Source: Octopus vulgaris (Eukaryota). Taken from it: a stretch of 64,000 bases of DNA. Location of the stretch: the NCBI GenBank assembly GCA_951406725.2, contig OX597819.1, positions 40,300,001 to 40,364,000 of the forward strand, written 5' to 3'. The notes below the pieces were generated by a model, which saw only the letters and a list, made by a program, of their open reading frames with translations, was not told the origin of the DNA and searched no databases. Every line of letters starts with the position of its first letter. Position 1 is the stretch's first letter. Shown piece after piece: positions 37,926 through 51,675 of this stretch. Position numbers and translations under genes: made by a program.

Positions 37926-39209
37926 AGGATTACATTTCGTGGTAAGGAGGCATCATGAGCTATGAGTTTGCACCTCATAGCTCATGATGGAGAGTGAAGA
38001 AGGCCCCAGAGAGAACCATCTTGCATACACCACCATAAATAAGGATTTTCAGACTGTGTTAGATGGTCAGCAGTGGACAGTTGAAGTACATTGATATATA
38101 GGGTAAGTTGTTATCAGCATACCCTGAAAGGAGATGCCAGAACAAGTTCAAGGGAGAGGGGGAGAGATGGATTTAGGAAAGTATTTTAATCTCTTGGAGG
38201 GAGGAAGTAAAGAGTGGAGTGCTGCTGCTAATGGCAGTGGTGTAGCTAACAAAAGGCAAGGTCAGGTCAGTACAGGATTTTCAAAAGCTGAATGATTAAG
38301 TGCTTCAAATGTTAAGTACTGAGGTTGGTTTCTTCAACTAAACCCTTCAAGGCAATACCCAACCATGGCCACAGTCCAATGACTGAAATAAATAAAGTAC
38401 TAAAGACACAAAATATATGTGATTATATAAGCAAATGTGAGATGGGGTATTTGAATACATATGTCTGAGTTTGATTGTAGAAATTGTATGTGATTATATT
38501 TCAGGATAGGATAATTGGTGAGCTGACAGAATCATTAGCTTAATGGTATTTCATCTGCTGCTACATTCTGAGTTCAAATTCCACTGAGGTCAACTTTGCC
38601 TTTCATCCTTTCAGGGTTGATGAAATAAGTACCAGTTATACACAGGGGTCGATGTAATTGACTATTTCCTTCCCCAAATTTTCAGGCCTAGTGCCTACAG
38701 TAGAAAAGAAAGAATCTTTCAGGGTAGGTTCGTTTTCTTAATTTAGCCCTTGATCCGCCATGATCAACTGCATCCAAACCATGACTGTCTCATTTTTTTG
38801 TATACCAAGATCTACTTTGCTTGTTGTGTCCTTCTTTATTGAAGGCAACAGAGGTTGATTTGAAGGAGATTTGGCAGCTATTTCTAATAGGTAAAGTGAC
38901 TGTATAGCAGCCACCTCATATTCTCATGTAGTTTCATGTGAATACATTGTGCATTTATGTGTGTGTGTGTGTGTGTGTTTGAGGGTGTGTGCGTGCACAC
39001 ATGTGTATATGTGTGTGTGCAAGTGTGAATGTATATGTGTGTATATGTATGTACATCAATGTGTGTGCATGTGAATGTGTGTACGTATGTATGTGAGCAT
39101 GTGTTTGAAATAAGAGGATTTTGAATATTAGTAGATTAGTGCAATAGTCCTTAATTACAGTAATATAAAGATACAGAGCTTTGAATATAAATTCATACAT
39201 TAACACACA

Positions 39210-39262
<53 letters not shown>

Positions 39263-39687
39263 TTTACATATCTAAACAAGGCAAAAAAACGTAGATGTAT
39301 GTATACCTATATAATTGCCACAATGTTCTCCATCACTTAATTCAAACTGTTACATAACTTCACATCTGTAAGCTCAACTCTAGCCATGTACTTTCCAGTT
39401 TTCATGACGTTATCAGTTCTAATTAATTTACACTGAATGATGCCATTATCTGAAAAACAACGCACTTTACCATCTGCTGCTGGTTATAGTGGCAAGATTC
39501 TTTCACATCTGGGTATAATGCCATCATATATAAATCTGATATGTGTGTTTGTGTGTTTCCATCATCATCTCTTTTCCTTTTAATACACATTTTCTATGCA
39601 AGCATAAGTTGAAGGGGTTCTTATGGTCTAAATTAGCTTTCATTCAGTATTATTACCTTCCTAGATGAGTTAAAGGATCAATCATGC

Positions 39688-40297
39688 CACATCATCATCA
39701 TCATCATCGTTTAACGTCCGCTTTCCATGATAGCATGGGTTGGGCGATTTTGACTGAGGGCTGGCGAGCCAGATGGCTGCACCAGGCTCCAATCTTGATC
39801 TGGCAGAGTTTCTACAGCTGGATGCCCTTCCTAACGCCAACCACTCCGAGAGTGTAGTGGGTGCTTTTTATGTGCCACAGGCACAGGGGCCAGTCAGGTG
39901 GTACTGGCAATGACCTTGCTCGAATCTTTTTATGCGTGCCACCAGCACAGGTGCCAGTGAAGCGATGTTGGTAATGATCACGCTCGAATGGTGCCCTTTT
40001 ACGTGCCACGGGTACGGAAGCCCGTTGGCTGCTCTGGCAACGATCATGCTCGGATGGTGGGGTACGGAAGCCAGTTGGCTGCTCTAGCAACGATCACGCT
40101 CGGATGGTGTTCTTGGCATCCTACTAGCACAGGCATGAGTGCCTGTAAGGCGACGCTGGTAACGATCATACTTGAATAGCCGCTCTGTCAATAATCACAC
40201 TCGTATGGTGCTCTTTGCACCCTGCTAGCACAGATGCCAGTCATCGAATTGATTTTGATTTCGATTTCACTTGCCTCAACAGGTCTTCGCAAGCAGA
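39688..40297 (-). mobile_element. RTE 3' UTR/tail with several minisatellite units
   Basis: (CAT)n tail; cacgctcgaatggtg repeats. Confidence 0.85.
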
Positions 40298-41099
40298 ACC
40301 ATATATTTTATTTCTGATTTTGTTTCAATAGCTGGATGTCCTTCTTATCACCAACCACTTGTACAAGGTGTTCTTTATTATGGCACCAGCACTAAAATGG
40401 TTATCATGTCCTCCTCCTTCTCCTCTTCCTCCTTACAATCATCATCATTAATTAATGTCTGTTTTCAATGTTGGTGTGGGTTGGACAATTCAACAGGAGC
40501 TGGCAAACCAGAGGACTGCATCAGGGTCTGATATCTGCTTTGACATGGTTTTTTAAAACTGGATGCCCTTCCTAGCACTAACTATTTTACAGAGTGCATA
40601 GGGTGCTTTTTTATGTTGCACTGGCAATAGTAAGGACATCAAGTCACTCACAATACATGACCCCCTCAAATAAGTTTAGGAGGGAGTAGTATTGATGGAG
40701 ATGGCTTTATGCTAGGTGATATGAAATTAAAGTATGATTGGAGACAGGAACAGATGTTTTGCTGTAGGGAAAATATGTGGTAATCTCAGTTAGAAGAGAA
40801 AGAGGATGGCAGTGAAGATGTATCAAGGAGTACCTTCAAGTTACAAGACTAAAATGTCCTCTCAAGCCCATATTGTCTTCATTTATTCATTGGGTCTGTT
40901 TTTTTGGGGTCTGTTTCTAACAGTAGAGACGGTGACATGTTTTCACCAAGACTAAAAAGTCTTCTTCACCCCATGTTGTTTCTTCTTGTTCACCAGCCAT
41001 GTTTCAGAGTGTACTAGGTGCATCTTATCATGGCATCAGTGAGGTTACCTGGTAAGAATGAAGACTTCTCATTACTCAAAATAATGTAATATCATCATC

Positions 41100-41480
41100 A
41101 GGAGTGGTTCTGTGGTAAGTAGCTTGCTTACCAACCACTTAGTTCCGGGTTCAGTCCCACTGCATGGCACCTTGGGCAAATATCGGGCCAAGCAAAGCCT
41201 TGTGAGTGGATTTGGTAGACAGAAACTGAAAGAAGCTCATCGTATATATGTATATATATGTAAGTATGTGTGTGTGTGTATGTTTGTGTGTCTGTGTTTG
41301 TCCCCCCCAACATCACTTGACAACGGATGCTGGTGTGTTTACATCCCCATAACTTGGCGGTTTGGCAAAAGAGACCGATAGAATAAGTACTAGGCTTCCA
41401 AAGAATAAGTCCTGGGGTCAATTTGCTTGACTAAAAGCAGTGCTCCAGCATGGCCACAGTCAAATGACTGAAACAAGTAA
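41100..41480 (+). mobile_element. SINE family A
   Basis: Consensus match with small internal deletion. Confidence 0.88.
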
Positions 41481-42102
41481 AACAGTACTTAACATCTGCT
41501 TTCCATGCTGGCATTGGTGGGATGGCTTGACCGGAGTTGGAAAGGCCAAGGTCCACACCAGGCTCCATTGTCTGTTCTGGCATGGTTTCTATGGTTGGAA
41601 GCCCTTCCTAATGCCACCCACTCCACAGAGTATACAGAGTGACTTTTAGCATGACACCAACACAAGTGCTTTTTATGTGGCACCAGCAACACTGCTTTTT
41701 ATGTGGCACCAGCACTGCTATCAATTCTGCTGTAGTGGACAGGTCTTCTTGAGTACAAGGCACCAGATATCTTGGTCTTTTGCCATTTCCTTTGTAAGGC
41801 TTAGTGTCTTGAGATTGGCCTTCAAGTTGTGGTGCACCTGAGCACTGTATACAATAATTTCATTATTATTATTATATAAATTTCACAAAATATAATATAT
41901 ATATAAAAATTAGGAAAAACCACCTTTTATCAATTCAAAATGAACAATTAAATTACACCATCTAGAAAATTACATATAATAGAAATACTAAAAATAAAAT
42001 AACAATACTATACCAATGATTAAGTGAATTGCAAAATAATAATAATGTATATATTTGGTATATATTTGGTAGAATAACATATATTTGGTATATAATTGAT
42101 AG

Positions 42103-42174
<72 letters not shown>

Positions 42175-42177
<3 letters not shown>

Positions 42178-42450
42178 AGTGGTTGGCATTAGGAAGGGCA
42201 TTGAGCTGTAGAAAAATAATACCAAGTCTTTGAGCCATGTCTTCCTTAGTCTTCCTCTTCCATACATTCCATCCACTTTAAGTGATTGGTGCTTCTGTAT
42301 GTAACTGTCTACATCCATATGCACCACATGACTAAACCAGTGCAGTCTTCTCTCTTGCACACTGCATCTAATTCCAGTTATGCCCAACTTTTCTATCAAT
42401 GCACTAGCACTCTGTCACACATGTACACTGACATTGCACATCCAGCAGAG
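42175..42450 (-). pseudogene. RTE ORF2 C-terminal fragment
   Basis: VQERRLHWFSHVVHM..GRGRLRKTW. Confidence 0.8.
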
Positions 42451-42732
42451 ATAAACAGACAAGGAAATGATGACAAAAGAACAAGGCTAGGTAGGTGAAG
42501 AGAGCAAGAGTATGATGATTAAAACAGAGTTATCAGGGTGACACGGTGGTTTAGTGAGGGAAAGAGAGTAATGAGTAGTAATAAAGGTTGACAATGGTGA
42601 GAATGAGTGATGGATGTCAATAACAAGTTGCTTAAGGTGGAGAGAAGGAGTAAGGACTGGTATATAGGATGCTGCATAAGATAGATGAGCATAATTGCTA
42701 CAGCATTCTCAATAGTTCAGTATGTATTTCTC

Positions 42733-42784
<52 letters not shown>

Positions 42785-44947
42785 CATGCATGTGCGTGTG
42801 TGTATGTATCATATGTGTGTGCATGTGTTCACATGTGTTGTGTGTGTGTGTGCTGCAGTTTTTCTCCCAAGTATTAGTTAGTGTAGAAATCTTCCGTGTC
42901 TTCTATGAAGCCACTAAGTTAAATATTGCAGACTTGAAGTCGTAATTCTAGCTGTTATTGAGTGTTCTTTGGCTTCATGTGTCTTCCTTATGATTTGTGG
43001 TACAAATTCAATCTAATTGCTAGAGCATAAGGCAAAATGCTTCAATATTTTTTCTAGATATATGCATTCTGAGTTCAAATCCTGCCAAAGTCAACTTTAT
43101 TTTCCATTCTTTCAGGGTTACTAAAAACCTCCATAGTGGTGCTGATTTGGTGAAATTGTCAGAGTGCTGGACAAGATGTCTAACAGTAAATGTACAATAG
43201 TGACTCTCCAGATACTAACGATCCAGAACCTCTTATAATCAGCACTAATTTACAAGCAAGAACTTCAAATTCTCATGACTGCCAGACTAGTTTACTGGGC
43301 AGCCCAGTTTCACAATACCTTTCACAGTACAGTATTAATAACATTGTATCATTTATATTTATGTACAGGTTCCTGTATTTCAAGTAATTATTCAAGTCTT
43401 TAACCTTTTAGTCTTTTACATGTTTCAGTCATTTTGATTGCAGCCATGCTGGAGCACTGCATTAAAGGGTTTTAGTCAAAGAAATTGATTTTATGACTTA
43501 TTCTTTGTAAACGTAGTATTTATTCTATCGGTCTCTCTTGCTAAACCACTAAATTACCGGGACATAAACACACCAACATCAAGTGATGGTGGGGGGGACA
43601 AACACAGACACAAAGACACATACACATAAATATATATATACATATATATGTATATGCTCTTAGCACCCTACTAGCATGGGGCACAAGTGCCAGTAAGGCG
43701 AAGCTGGCAACAGTCACACTCGAATGGTGCCTTTTATGTGCCACTGGTACGGAAGTTGGTTAGCTGCTCTGTCAACGTTCACACTCGTATGGTTTTCAGA
43801 TTAGGGTCAAGCTTGGATTTAGTGGACTGGCCAAAATACTATGATTACTGTGTCATGGCCACACAAATATCTGAAGGATGATAATTTTAAGATTACAATC
43901 TATTACATTTGCCAATTATTATTCATTAGGTTCACTTTGACTCACGCATATTTACTAATGCTAATGAGACTAAATATGTAATGTAGGTTATAGAGAACAT
44001 TTGTGAAGATGCTTGTGAGTGTATCTTTTAATGTGTGTGTGCGTGTGTGTGTGTGCATACATTACTGATTGTGCTTGTGTGCATGTGTGAGCATGTTTAT
44101 AAGTGAGTATGTGTTTGTATGTTTACTAGTGATTGTGCTTGTGTGTATGTGTCAGAAAGTGTATGAGTGAGTGAGTTTACTCAGTACATGGTACAGAATA
44201 TGGCACAATTTTGTACAGCATTCCCAGATTTCTAGAAGTGGATAAGAGGGCTGTACTCTTTGAGTCTTGAAAGCAATCAAGAATAAAAGTCATATTTGGT
44301 GGCACTTTCTTCTTTCTCAGCTATTTCTTCTTGTGGTAGAAACTGAATTCCAAGATTAGTTCGTGATAAAAGAAATTTCCTGAAGTAACGATCCCAGGTA
44401 AGACATTAAACTATATCCAGTGGGAAACCTTCAGCTTAAGAGTTTGGAAGTTTTGGGAAGCAAGGAATTGCTCTCAGGTCTACTCTGGTCCAGAATGGCA
44501 GTACATGGTTAAAGAGCCTAGTTTTGGGTCAAATAGCAGATGGTCATGTGGCTAAGACATAAAGCACTTGTAAGTGGGATGGGCTCTAGATATGTGTCAC
44601 AAGTCCACCATTGTGGGGACATGTCCTAATGCTATGTGAAAAATTCCAATGTCTAGGTTAAAAAGACCTTGTGTCTTAAGGGAACTTGGGAGAGCAGGAG
44701 ACTAGCAGAGTAAACTGTAAATAAACATGCAGAAGGAAACAGGAAACCACTACTGTATAGAGGCGTATATCCCAGGAGTGCTGCATGTGCAGTGACACCC
44801 ATTGAAAATGGCATTTTCATTATAAATATTAACCTTACTCAATTAATTTAATCACAAATCTTAATGGAAAACTTTTGCTATACCCCTGCTTGAAATTTGG
44901 TGACATTGGGTGTAGCAGCACACCCAAAATAACAACAACCATATACC

Positions 44948-45366
44948 TATTTCTTTACTACCCGCAAGGGGCTAAACACAGGGAGGAGAAACAAGGACAG
45001 ACACATGGATTAAGTCAATCATATCGACCCCAGTGCGTAACTGGTACTTATTTAATCGACCCTGAAAGGATGAAAGGCAAAGTCGACCTCGGCAGAATTT
45101 GAACTCAGAACGTAGCGGCAGACGAAATACCTATTTCTTTACTACCCACAAGGGGCTAAACACAGAGAGGACAAACAAGGACAGACACACGGATTAAGTC
45201 AATTATATTGACCCCAGTGCGTAACTGGTACTTATTTAATTGACCCTGAATGGATGAAAGGCAAAGTCGACCTCGTCAGAATTTGAACTCAGAACGTAAC
45301 AGCAGACGAAATACCGCTAAGCATTTTGCCTGTTGTGCTAATGATTATGCCAGCACGCTGCCTTTT
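44948..45366 (-). mobile_element. Tandem dimer of SINE family B within one 16-bp TSD
   Basis: TSD acaacaaccatatacc at 44932-44947 and 45367-45382; one full and one 5'-truncated unit. Confidence 0.92.
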
Positions 45367-45944
45367 ACAACAACCATATACCACTGCTACTGTACCTCTC
45401 CCATGAAAATCATGAATCTTCAGACTTTGGCATAGAAATACATGATCACTGATGCCTGTTGGCATGGTACATGAAGAAAGGCAGAACAGACCCAATAGCA
45501 TGAGAAATGTCATTATAATCTATAAATTGCTTAAGAATTTCTACATTCATTCAATCAACTGATTCCAATGTAGTCAAAGAATTGCTTCTTCATTAGTCAC
45601 TTGTCCTGCTATTTCCATTAAAATTACTAGACATGTATATTTACTTCAGTCTCTGCAGTGACACTGGTATCACCTTCACTCGGCCCTAATTGACAGCCTT
45701 TCCCTTTGATAACCATTGATATCATGGAAAGGGAAAACTTGCATGCATAGCCCCCAACCCAAATCTTACTCAGTTCTGTATATTTATACACAGATGCATG
45801 GTCACTCTTGATCTACAAAACTCACATAATGCTACCCTCCAATGTTGACTTTGCTATTTTGTATTGAATTTCTTATTACTGCTATTACCACAATATGGTA
45901 AGTAATAAGTAATATATATATATACATATATATATATACATAAG

Positions 45945-45985
<41 letters not shown>

Positions 45986-46089
45986 TTTAAAAATAGGGTA
46001 AAATCTTCATAAGAATTTATCAAGTAGTTAATGTGAAAAACCTCATAAGAGAAAAAAACCATCAATTTTTTCTTTTAAATTAATTTATT

Positions 46090-46498
<409 letters not shown>

Positions 46499-46527
46499 CG
46501 TAATTTATATATAGATATATATATATG

Positions 46528-47571
46528 TCATCATCATCATTGTTTAACGTCCGTTTTTCATGCTAGCATAGGTTGGACGGTCCAACTGGGGTCTGGGAAG
46601 CCAGGAGGCTGCACCAGGTTCCAGTCTGATCTGGCAGTGTTTCAACATCTAGGTGCCCTTCTTAACGCCAACCACTCCGTGTGAGTAGTGGGTGCTTTTT
46701 ATGTGCCAACAGCACAGGGGCCAGGGGAGGCTGGCAACGGCCATGATCGGTTGGTGCTTTTTATGTGCCACTGGCACAGAAGCCAATCAAGGTGGTGCTG
46801 GCATTGGCCACGTTTGGATGGTGCTTTTTACGTGCCACCGGCATGGGTATGACAACTACAATTTCCATTTGATTTATATTTTGATGTTGATGTACATGAC
46901 TCAATAGGTCTCAAGCACAGCAGGTCACCCTACAATCCAAGGTAAGCACAGCAAGTTGCCCTACGATCCAAGGTACTTTGAATGGGGTGGGGCTGGTTAT
47001 GTGAAACTGGTGTAGGTTACACCATGGACTCATTTTATTTGTCGGGTCTTTGCAGTCACAGCATATCTCCAGAGGTCTTGGTCTTTCGGCATTGCCTCTG
47101 TGAGGCCCAACGTTCGAAGGTCATGCTTGACCACCTCATCCCATGTCTTCCTGAGTCTACCTTTACCCTGGATTCCTTCAACTGTTTGGAAGTAGCACTT
47201 TATCACACATCTCTCCTCATCCATCCATAGTTCCATAGTACATGACCATACTAGCACAAACGTCTCTTTGGCACGCCACATCCGATGCTTCTTATGTCCA
47301 GCATTTCTCTCAGGGCGCTTACACTCTGTCATGTATGTACACTGACATTACACATCCAGCAGATCTTGCTAGCTTCATTTCTGTTGAGCCTACACATGTC
47401 CTCTGCAGTTACGACCCATGTTTCACTGCTGTGTAGCATGGCAGTTTGTACACATGCATCGTACAATCTACCTTTCACTTTGAGCAAGAGAGCCTTTGTC
47501 ACCAGTAGGTTTAGAAGCTTTCTAAACTTTGCCCAGGCTATTCTTATTCTAGTGGTAACACTCTGAGCATC
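46528..47571 (-). mobile_element. 5'-truncated RTE LINE
   Basis: RIRIAWAKFR..VKGRLYDACV..SETW..GRLRKTWDEVVKHDL, 3' UTR with about 3 units, (ATG)n tail. Confidence 0.92.
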
Positions 47572-47575
47572 CACA

Positions 47576-47656
<81 letters not shown>

Positions 47657-47686
47657 AATATATTAACATGGGGGATGCCAGTTTAA

Positions 47687-47746
47687 GGGATACTCTGGGT
47701 TTCTCAACCATAAGGGGTTTGGCTTTACAGTGCATCATCAGACCCC
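47687..47746 (-). ncRNA. Type I hammerhead ribozyme motif, antisense copy
   Basis: ggggt-CTGATGA-..-GAAA-cccaga-GTA-tccc on the minus strand; stem II decayed. Confidence 0.55.
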
Positions 47747-47762
47747 AAAGGCCAACAGGTTT

Positions 47763-47823
47763 GGGGTCTGATGATCTGCCATAAGTCCAAACCCTTTATG
47801 GACAAGAAACCCAGGTTAATCCC
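47763..47823 (+). ncRNA. Type I hammerhead ribozyme motif (Penelope type)
   Basis: ggggt-CTGATGA-(ccataa..ttatgg stem II)-GAAA-cccagg-TT-aatccc; quasi-palindromic AACCCAGGTT at stem III. Confidence 0.7.
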
Positions 47824-49289
47824 ATAAACCAGCCTCCCCCATTATAATATTAACTGCTCTTGGAGTGTGCTTTTTCTCTGGATTTATGTTTTACGACAAA
47901 CAATTCTATGTATATATATATACGTATATATATAATCATCACCATCATCATCATTTAATGTCCATTTTCCATGTTGGCATGGGTTGGATGGTTTGACTGA
48001 AAACTGGTAAGCTGGGAAGCTGCACCAGGTTCCAATCTGATTTAGCATGGTTTCCTACAGCTGGATGCCCTTCCTAATGCCAACCATTCCAAGAGTGTAG
48101 TGGGTGCTTTTTACGTGCCACTGGCATGGGTGCCATATACCATCTTTTGTTTCTTGAGAGTTTTGCTCCACCATCTCATCAACCATCTTATTTTTCCCCA
48201 GATACTCCCAACCAACCTTATATTACTGTAGGGTAGCCAAGAATACATAAAATCACCTCTTCTCCCTCTCAAATATTCTGTGCATCCTACTTAGCCAAGT
48301 ATGCTTTCTTTTTTCTCTTTTATCCTTATTCTTGCTCTGTCTTGTTCTGCAGGTTACTTTATAACCCTACTGGTGCTAGTGGCATAAAGAAAACTAACAT
48401 CCAGTACATACTGTAGAGTGGTTGGTGTTAGGAATGGCATCCAGCAATAGAAACCATGTCAACGTTGACATGGGACATGATGCAGTTCTGTGGCTCACCA
48501 AATTCAGTCAAACTGTCCAACCCATGCCAGCATGGAAAACAGACATTAAATGGTGATGATGATGATGACAACAACGATGATAATAGTGATACTGATGATG
48601 GTGATGCTGCTGCTGATGATGATGATGATGAAACCATATAATGTAGACAATGATAATTTGTAGTGTATAATTTTTTTTTTTTTCATGAAAGCTAAATAAT
48701 AGTCTTAAACAGTAATTTTATGGAAGATAAATGCTAATATGCAAATTGAGTATAAATATTTTTCAACAAAATTACCGCTATATACAAAAGAAACAGTTTA
48801 AAAAAGCTTTTAGGTTAGAGATAGTAGTGATATATTGAAGCAACCATCATCATCATCAAATCAATTTCACTACTTTATATATATATATATTTGTATATGT
48901 GATACCTTCTGAAGTCCTACAGATATTATGCATTATATATATATATAGGGAGAGAGAGAGAGAACTGATAATGTGTGTGTGTGTGTATTGTGACAGAAAC
49001 AGTATCAGTACCAAAAAGCAATCTTTATATCCAACTTAACATGGATGTTTTGTCAGAACACTTAATAGTGCATCATTTAATCTAGAGACGACCTCTCATA
49101 TGGACTTGTGGTGCATAAAAGCAATCATATTTATATAACTGACAAGTGAGAATTGTCTCCTACAGCTGCTGGAACTGCCAGATTACATGATTTCACCCTG
49201 TTTTGGGTCCCTCAGTGGCAGATGTCTACAAGCAATATAACAGCCAAATCTCCCTGGCATCAGTATATAGCACTTCAGTGTCTTTTCAG

Positions 49290-49328
49290 GCACTCGTGTT
49301 GCAATTGGCCAGCAGGCTTATTGAAAAG
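49290..49328 (+). other. Candidate 39-nt exon (ALVLQLASRLIEK)
   Basis: tgtcttttcag acceptor, AAG/gtaata donor, length a multiple of 3, in non-repetitive DNA; no homology evidence. Confidence 0.2.
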
Positions 49329-49683
49329 GTAATAGCAATAGAAACAGTATTTAATGCCAAAAAGTGGTCTTTATTTTCAATTTAACGTATTCTAACAAAA
49401 TATCCACACACACACACACACCACACAATAACCCATGTGCACACAACAACAACAACAGGTTTTCAACCCAACTCATCAGGGTAATTGCCCTACATTTTTT
49501 TTTATATTAGTCATGTTATATATTTTGATTAACTTGTATTTACATGAATAAGTCCATTCTTTAAGGTATGACCATAATTTTCATTGGTCAGTTTTCTAAA
49601 GGTTATTTTATCATTTGCGGATGTTGTAACTTCATTTGCTATGGTCAGCTTTGTTGTTATATCCGGGATCCGGATTGTCATTT

Positions 49684-49730
<47 letters not shown>

Positions 49731-49897
49731 ATGTATATATACACACACATACATAAAAAAACACACACACACATACATACAAATATATTCATATATGTAT
49801 ATGTATGTATATATATATATATATATATATTTATATCTATCTATATCTATATCTATCTATCTTCTTCTCTATATTTATATCTATCTATCTATCTATC

Positions 49898-49958
<61 letters not shown>

Positions 49959-50279
49959 TATACTAAAGGCAGAGACAAGGTGTCTACTACTCACATATCC
50001 CCACCATCTGGTAATGGGTCTCTGTGCTGTCATATTCCAAATTCCTGTTGATGACAATGGTGACGATGATGATGATTAAGATGATGATGATGATGACGAC
50101 GATGTCGATGACGATGACGATGACAACAACAGGGATTATGATGACATAGCTGCAGTTGTTGATAACAGTAAGGGTGACGCCAGTTAATGACGACACTGAC
50201 AAAGACGAAGATTCTGATGATGATGATGATGATGATGATAATGACTTCTGCAATGACAATGATGACAACGACGATAATT

Positions 50280-50313
<34 letters not shown>

Positions 50314-50569
50314 CAACCACTATGACGACAAAGCTGATAACGATGTTACCAAGTGCACTGCACATTACTGACAATCTAATCCTAAACATTCTTTCATGAA
50401 ATATTTCAGAGTCAGATTACTTCAGTTTGGTAACAAATTGACTCTGTCCTATGTTACACTATAATCTTTTATCTTTTACTTTTTTTTTTTTACATTCAAT
50501 GGACTGCGGCCATGCTACAGCATTGTCTCAAGCAAATAAGCTCCAGTATCTATTTCTTTTAAAAAGTTT

Positions 50570-50965
50570 GGCTGTGTGGTAAGTAGCTTGCTCACCAACC
50601 ACATGGTTCCGGGTTCAGTCCCACTGCGTGGCACCTTGGACAAGTGTCTTCTACTATAGCCTCAGGCTGACCAAAGCCTTGTGAGTGGATTTGGTAGACG
50701 GAAACTGAAAGAAGCCCGTTGTATATATGTATATATGTGTGTGTGTGTGTGTTTGTATGTCTGTGTTTGTCCTCTCAACATCACTTGACAACTGATGCTG
50801 GTGTGTTTATGGCCCCCGTAACTTAGCGGTTCAGCAAAAGAGACCGATAGAATAAGTACTAGGCTTACAAAAAATAAGTCCTAGGATCGATTTGCTCGAC
50901 TAAAGGCGGTGCTCCAGCAAGACCACAGTCAAATGACTGAAACATGTAAAAGAGTAAAAGAGTAA
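50570..50965 (+). mobile_element. SINE family A
   Basis: Consensus match. Confidence 0.9.
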
Positions 50966-51199
50966 ACCCAAGGCCATACTGACTTTTATTCATACATTTA
51001 TGACCTAGCTGCACCATTTATATGCAATTATATTATAATACTAAACATAACTTATACATAATTATATATGAAAATGTAAAATAATTCTGGCTAATTCCAA
51101 ATACTGTGTTTATGATCAATTCATGAATATCAACAAATTGCTAGTTTATTGCTTCATCAGAAAGCCACATTGCAGGTGATTTACAATTTCTTCTCGCCT

Positions 51200-51213
51200 G
51201 TCTCCATAGCAAC
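51200..51213 (+). promoter_or_regulatory. RFX X-box-like motif GTCTCCATAGCAAC
   Basis: Fits GTHNYY-AT-RRNAAC; in a unique island with GCAGGTG E-box and TGATTTAC nearby. Confidence 0.3.
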
Positions 51214-51525
51214 AGGGAAAATTTATGATCTCCCTGATGGCAGTAATGTCTGCTAGCATTAAAGTGAAGAACGCATTTGAATTTGCTAATTGTGATGTGT
51301 AGAGGAATCAATTACCAGTAAAAAAAAAAAGAGTTGACGATAATTTTAGTAAAAGATGAACACATGCACACACATTAAAAAATATGAAATCATACATGCA
51401 TTTGCACACAAATATTATTATACATTCATACACACATGAGAACATATACATACAATAGAAAACAAATGTATTTCACATTCAATCATATGCCTGGCCATAT
51501 GCTTTTATGTGTGTGCGTGTATATA

Positions 51526-51556
<31 letters not shown>

Positions 51557-51557
51557 G

Positions 51558-51618
<61 letters not shown>

Positions 51619-51675
51619 GGATATGTGTGTGTGTGTATGCTTGTATGTATATAAGTATATATGAATATAATTATG

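Larger units (their letters stand above)
47657..47851. repeat. Diverged palindrome (about 93-bp arms, 10-bp spacer) carrying a hammerhead motif in each arm
   Basis: atcatcagaccccaaa / ggccaacagg / tttggggtctgatgat. Confidence 0.9.
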
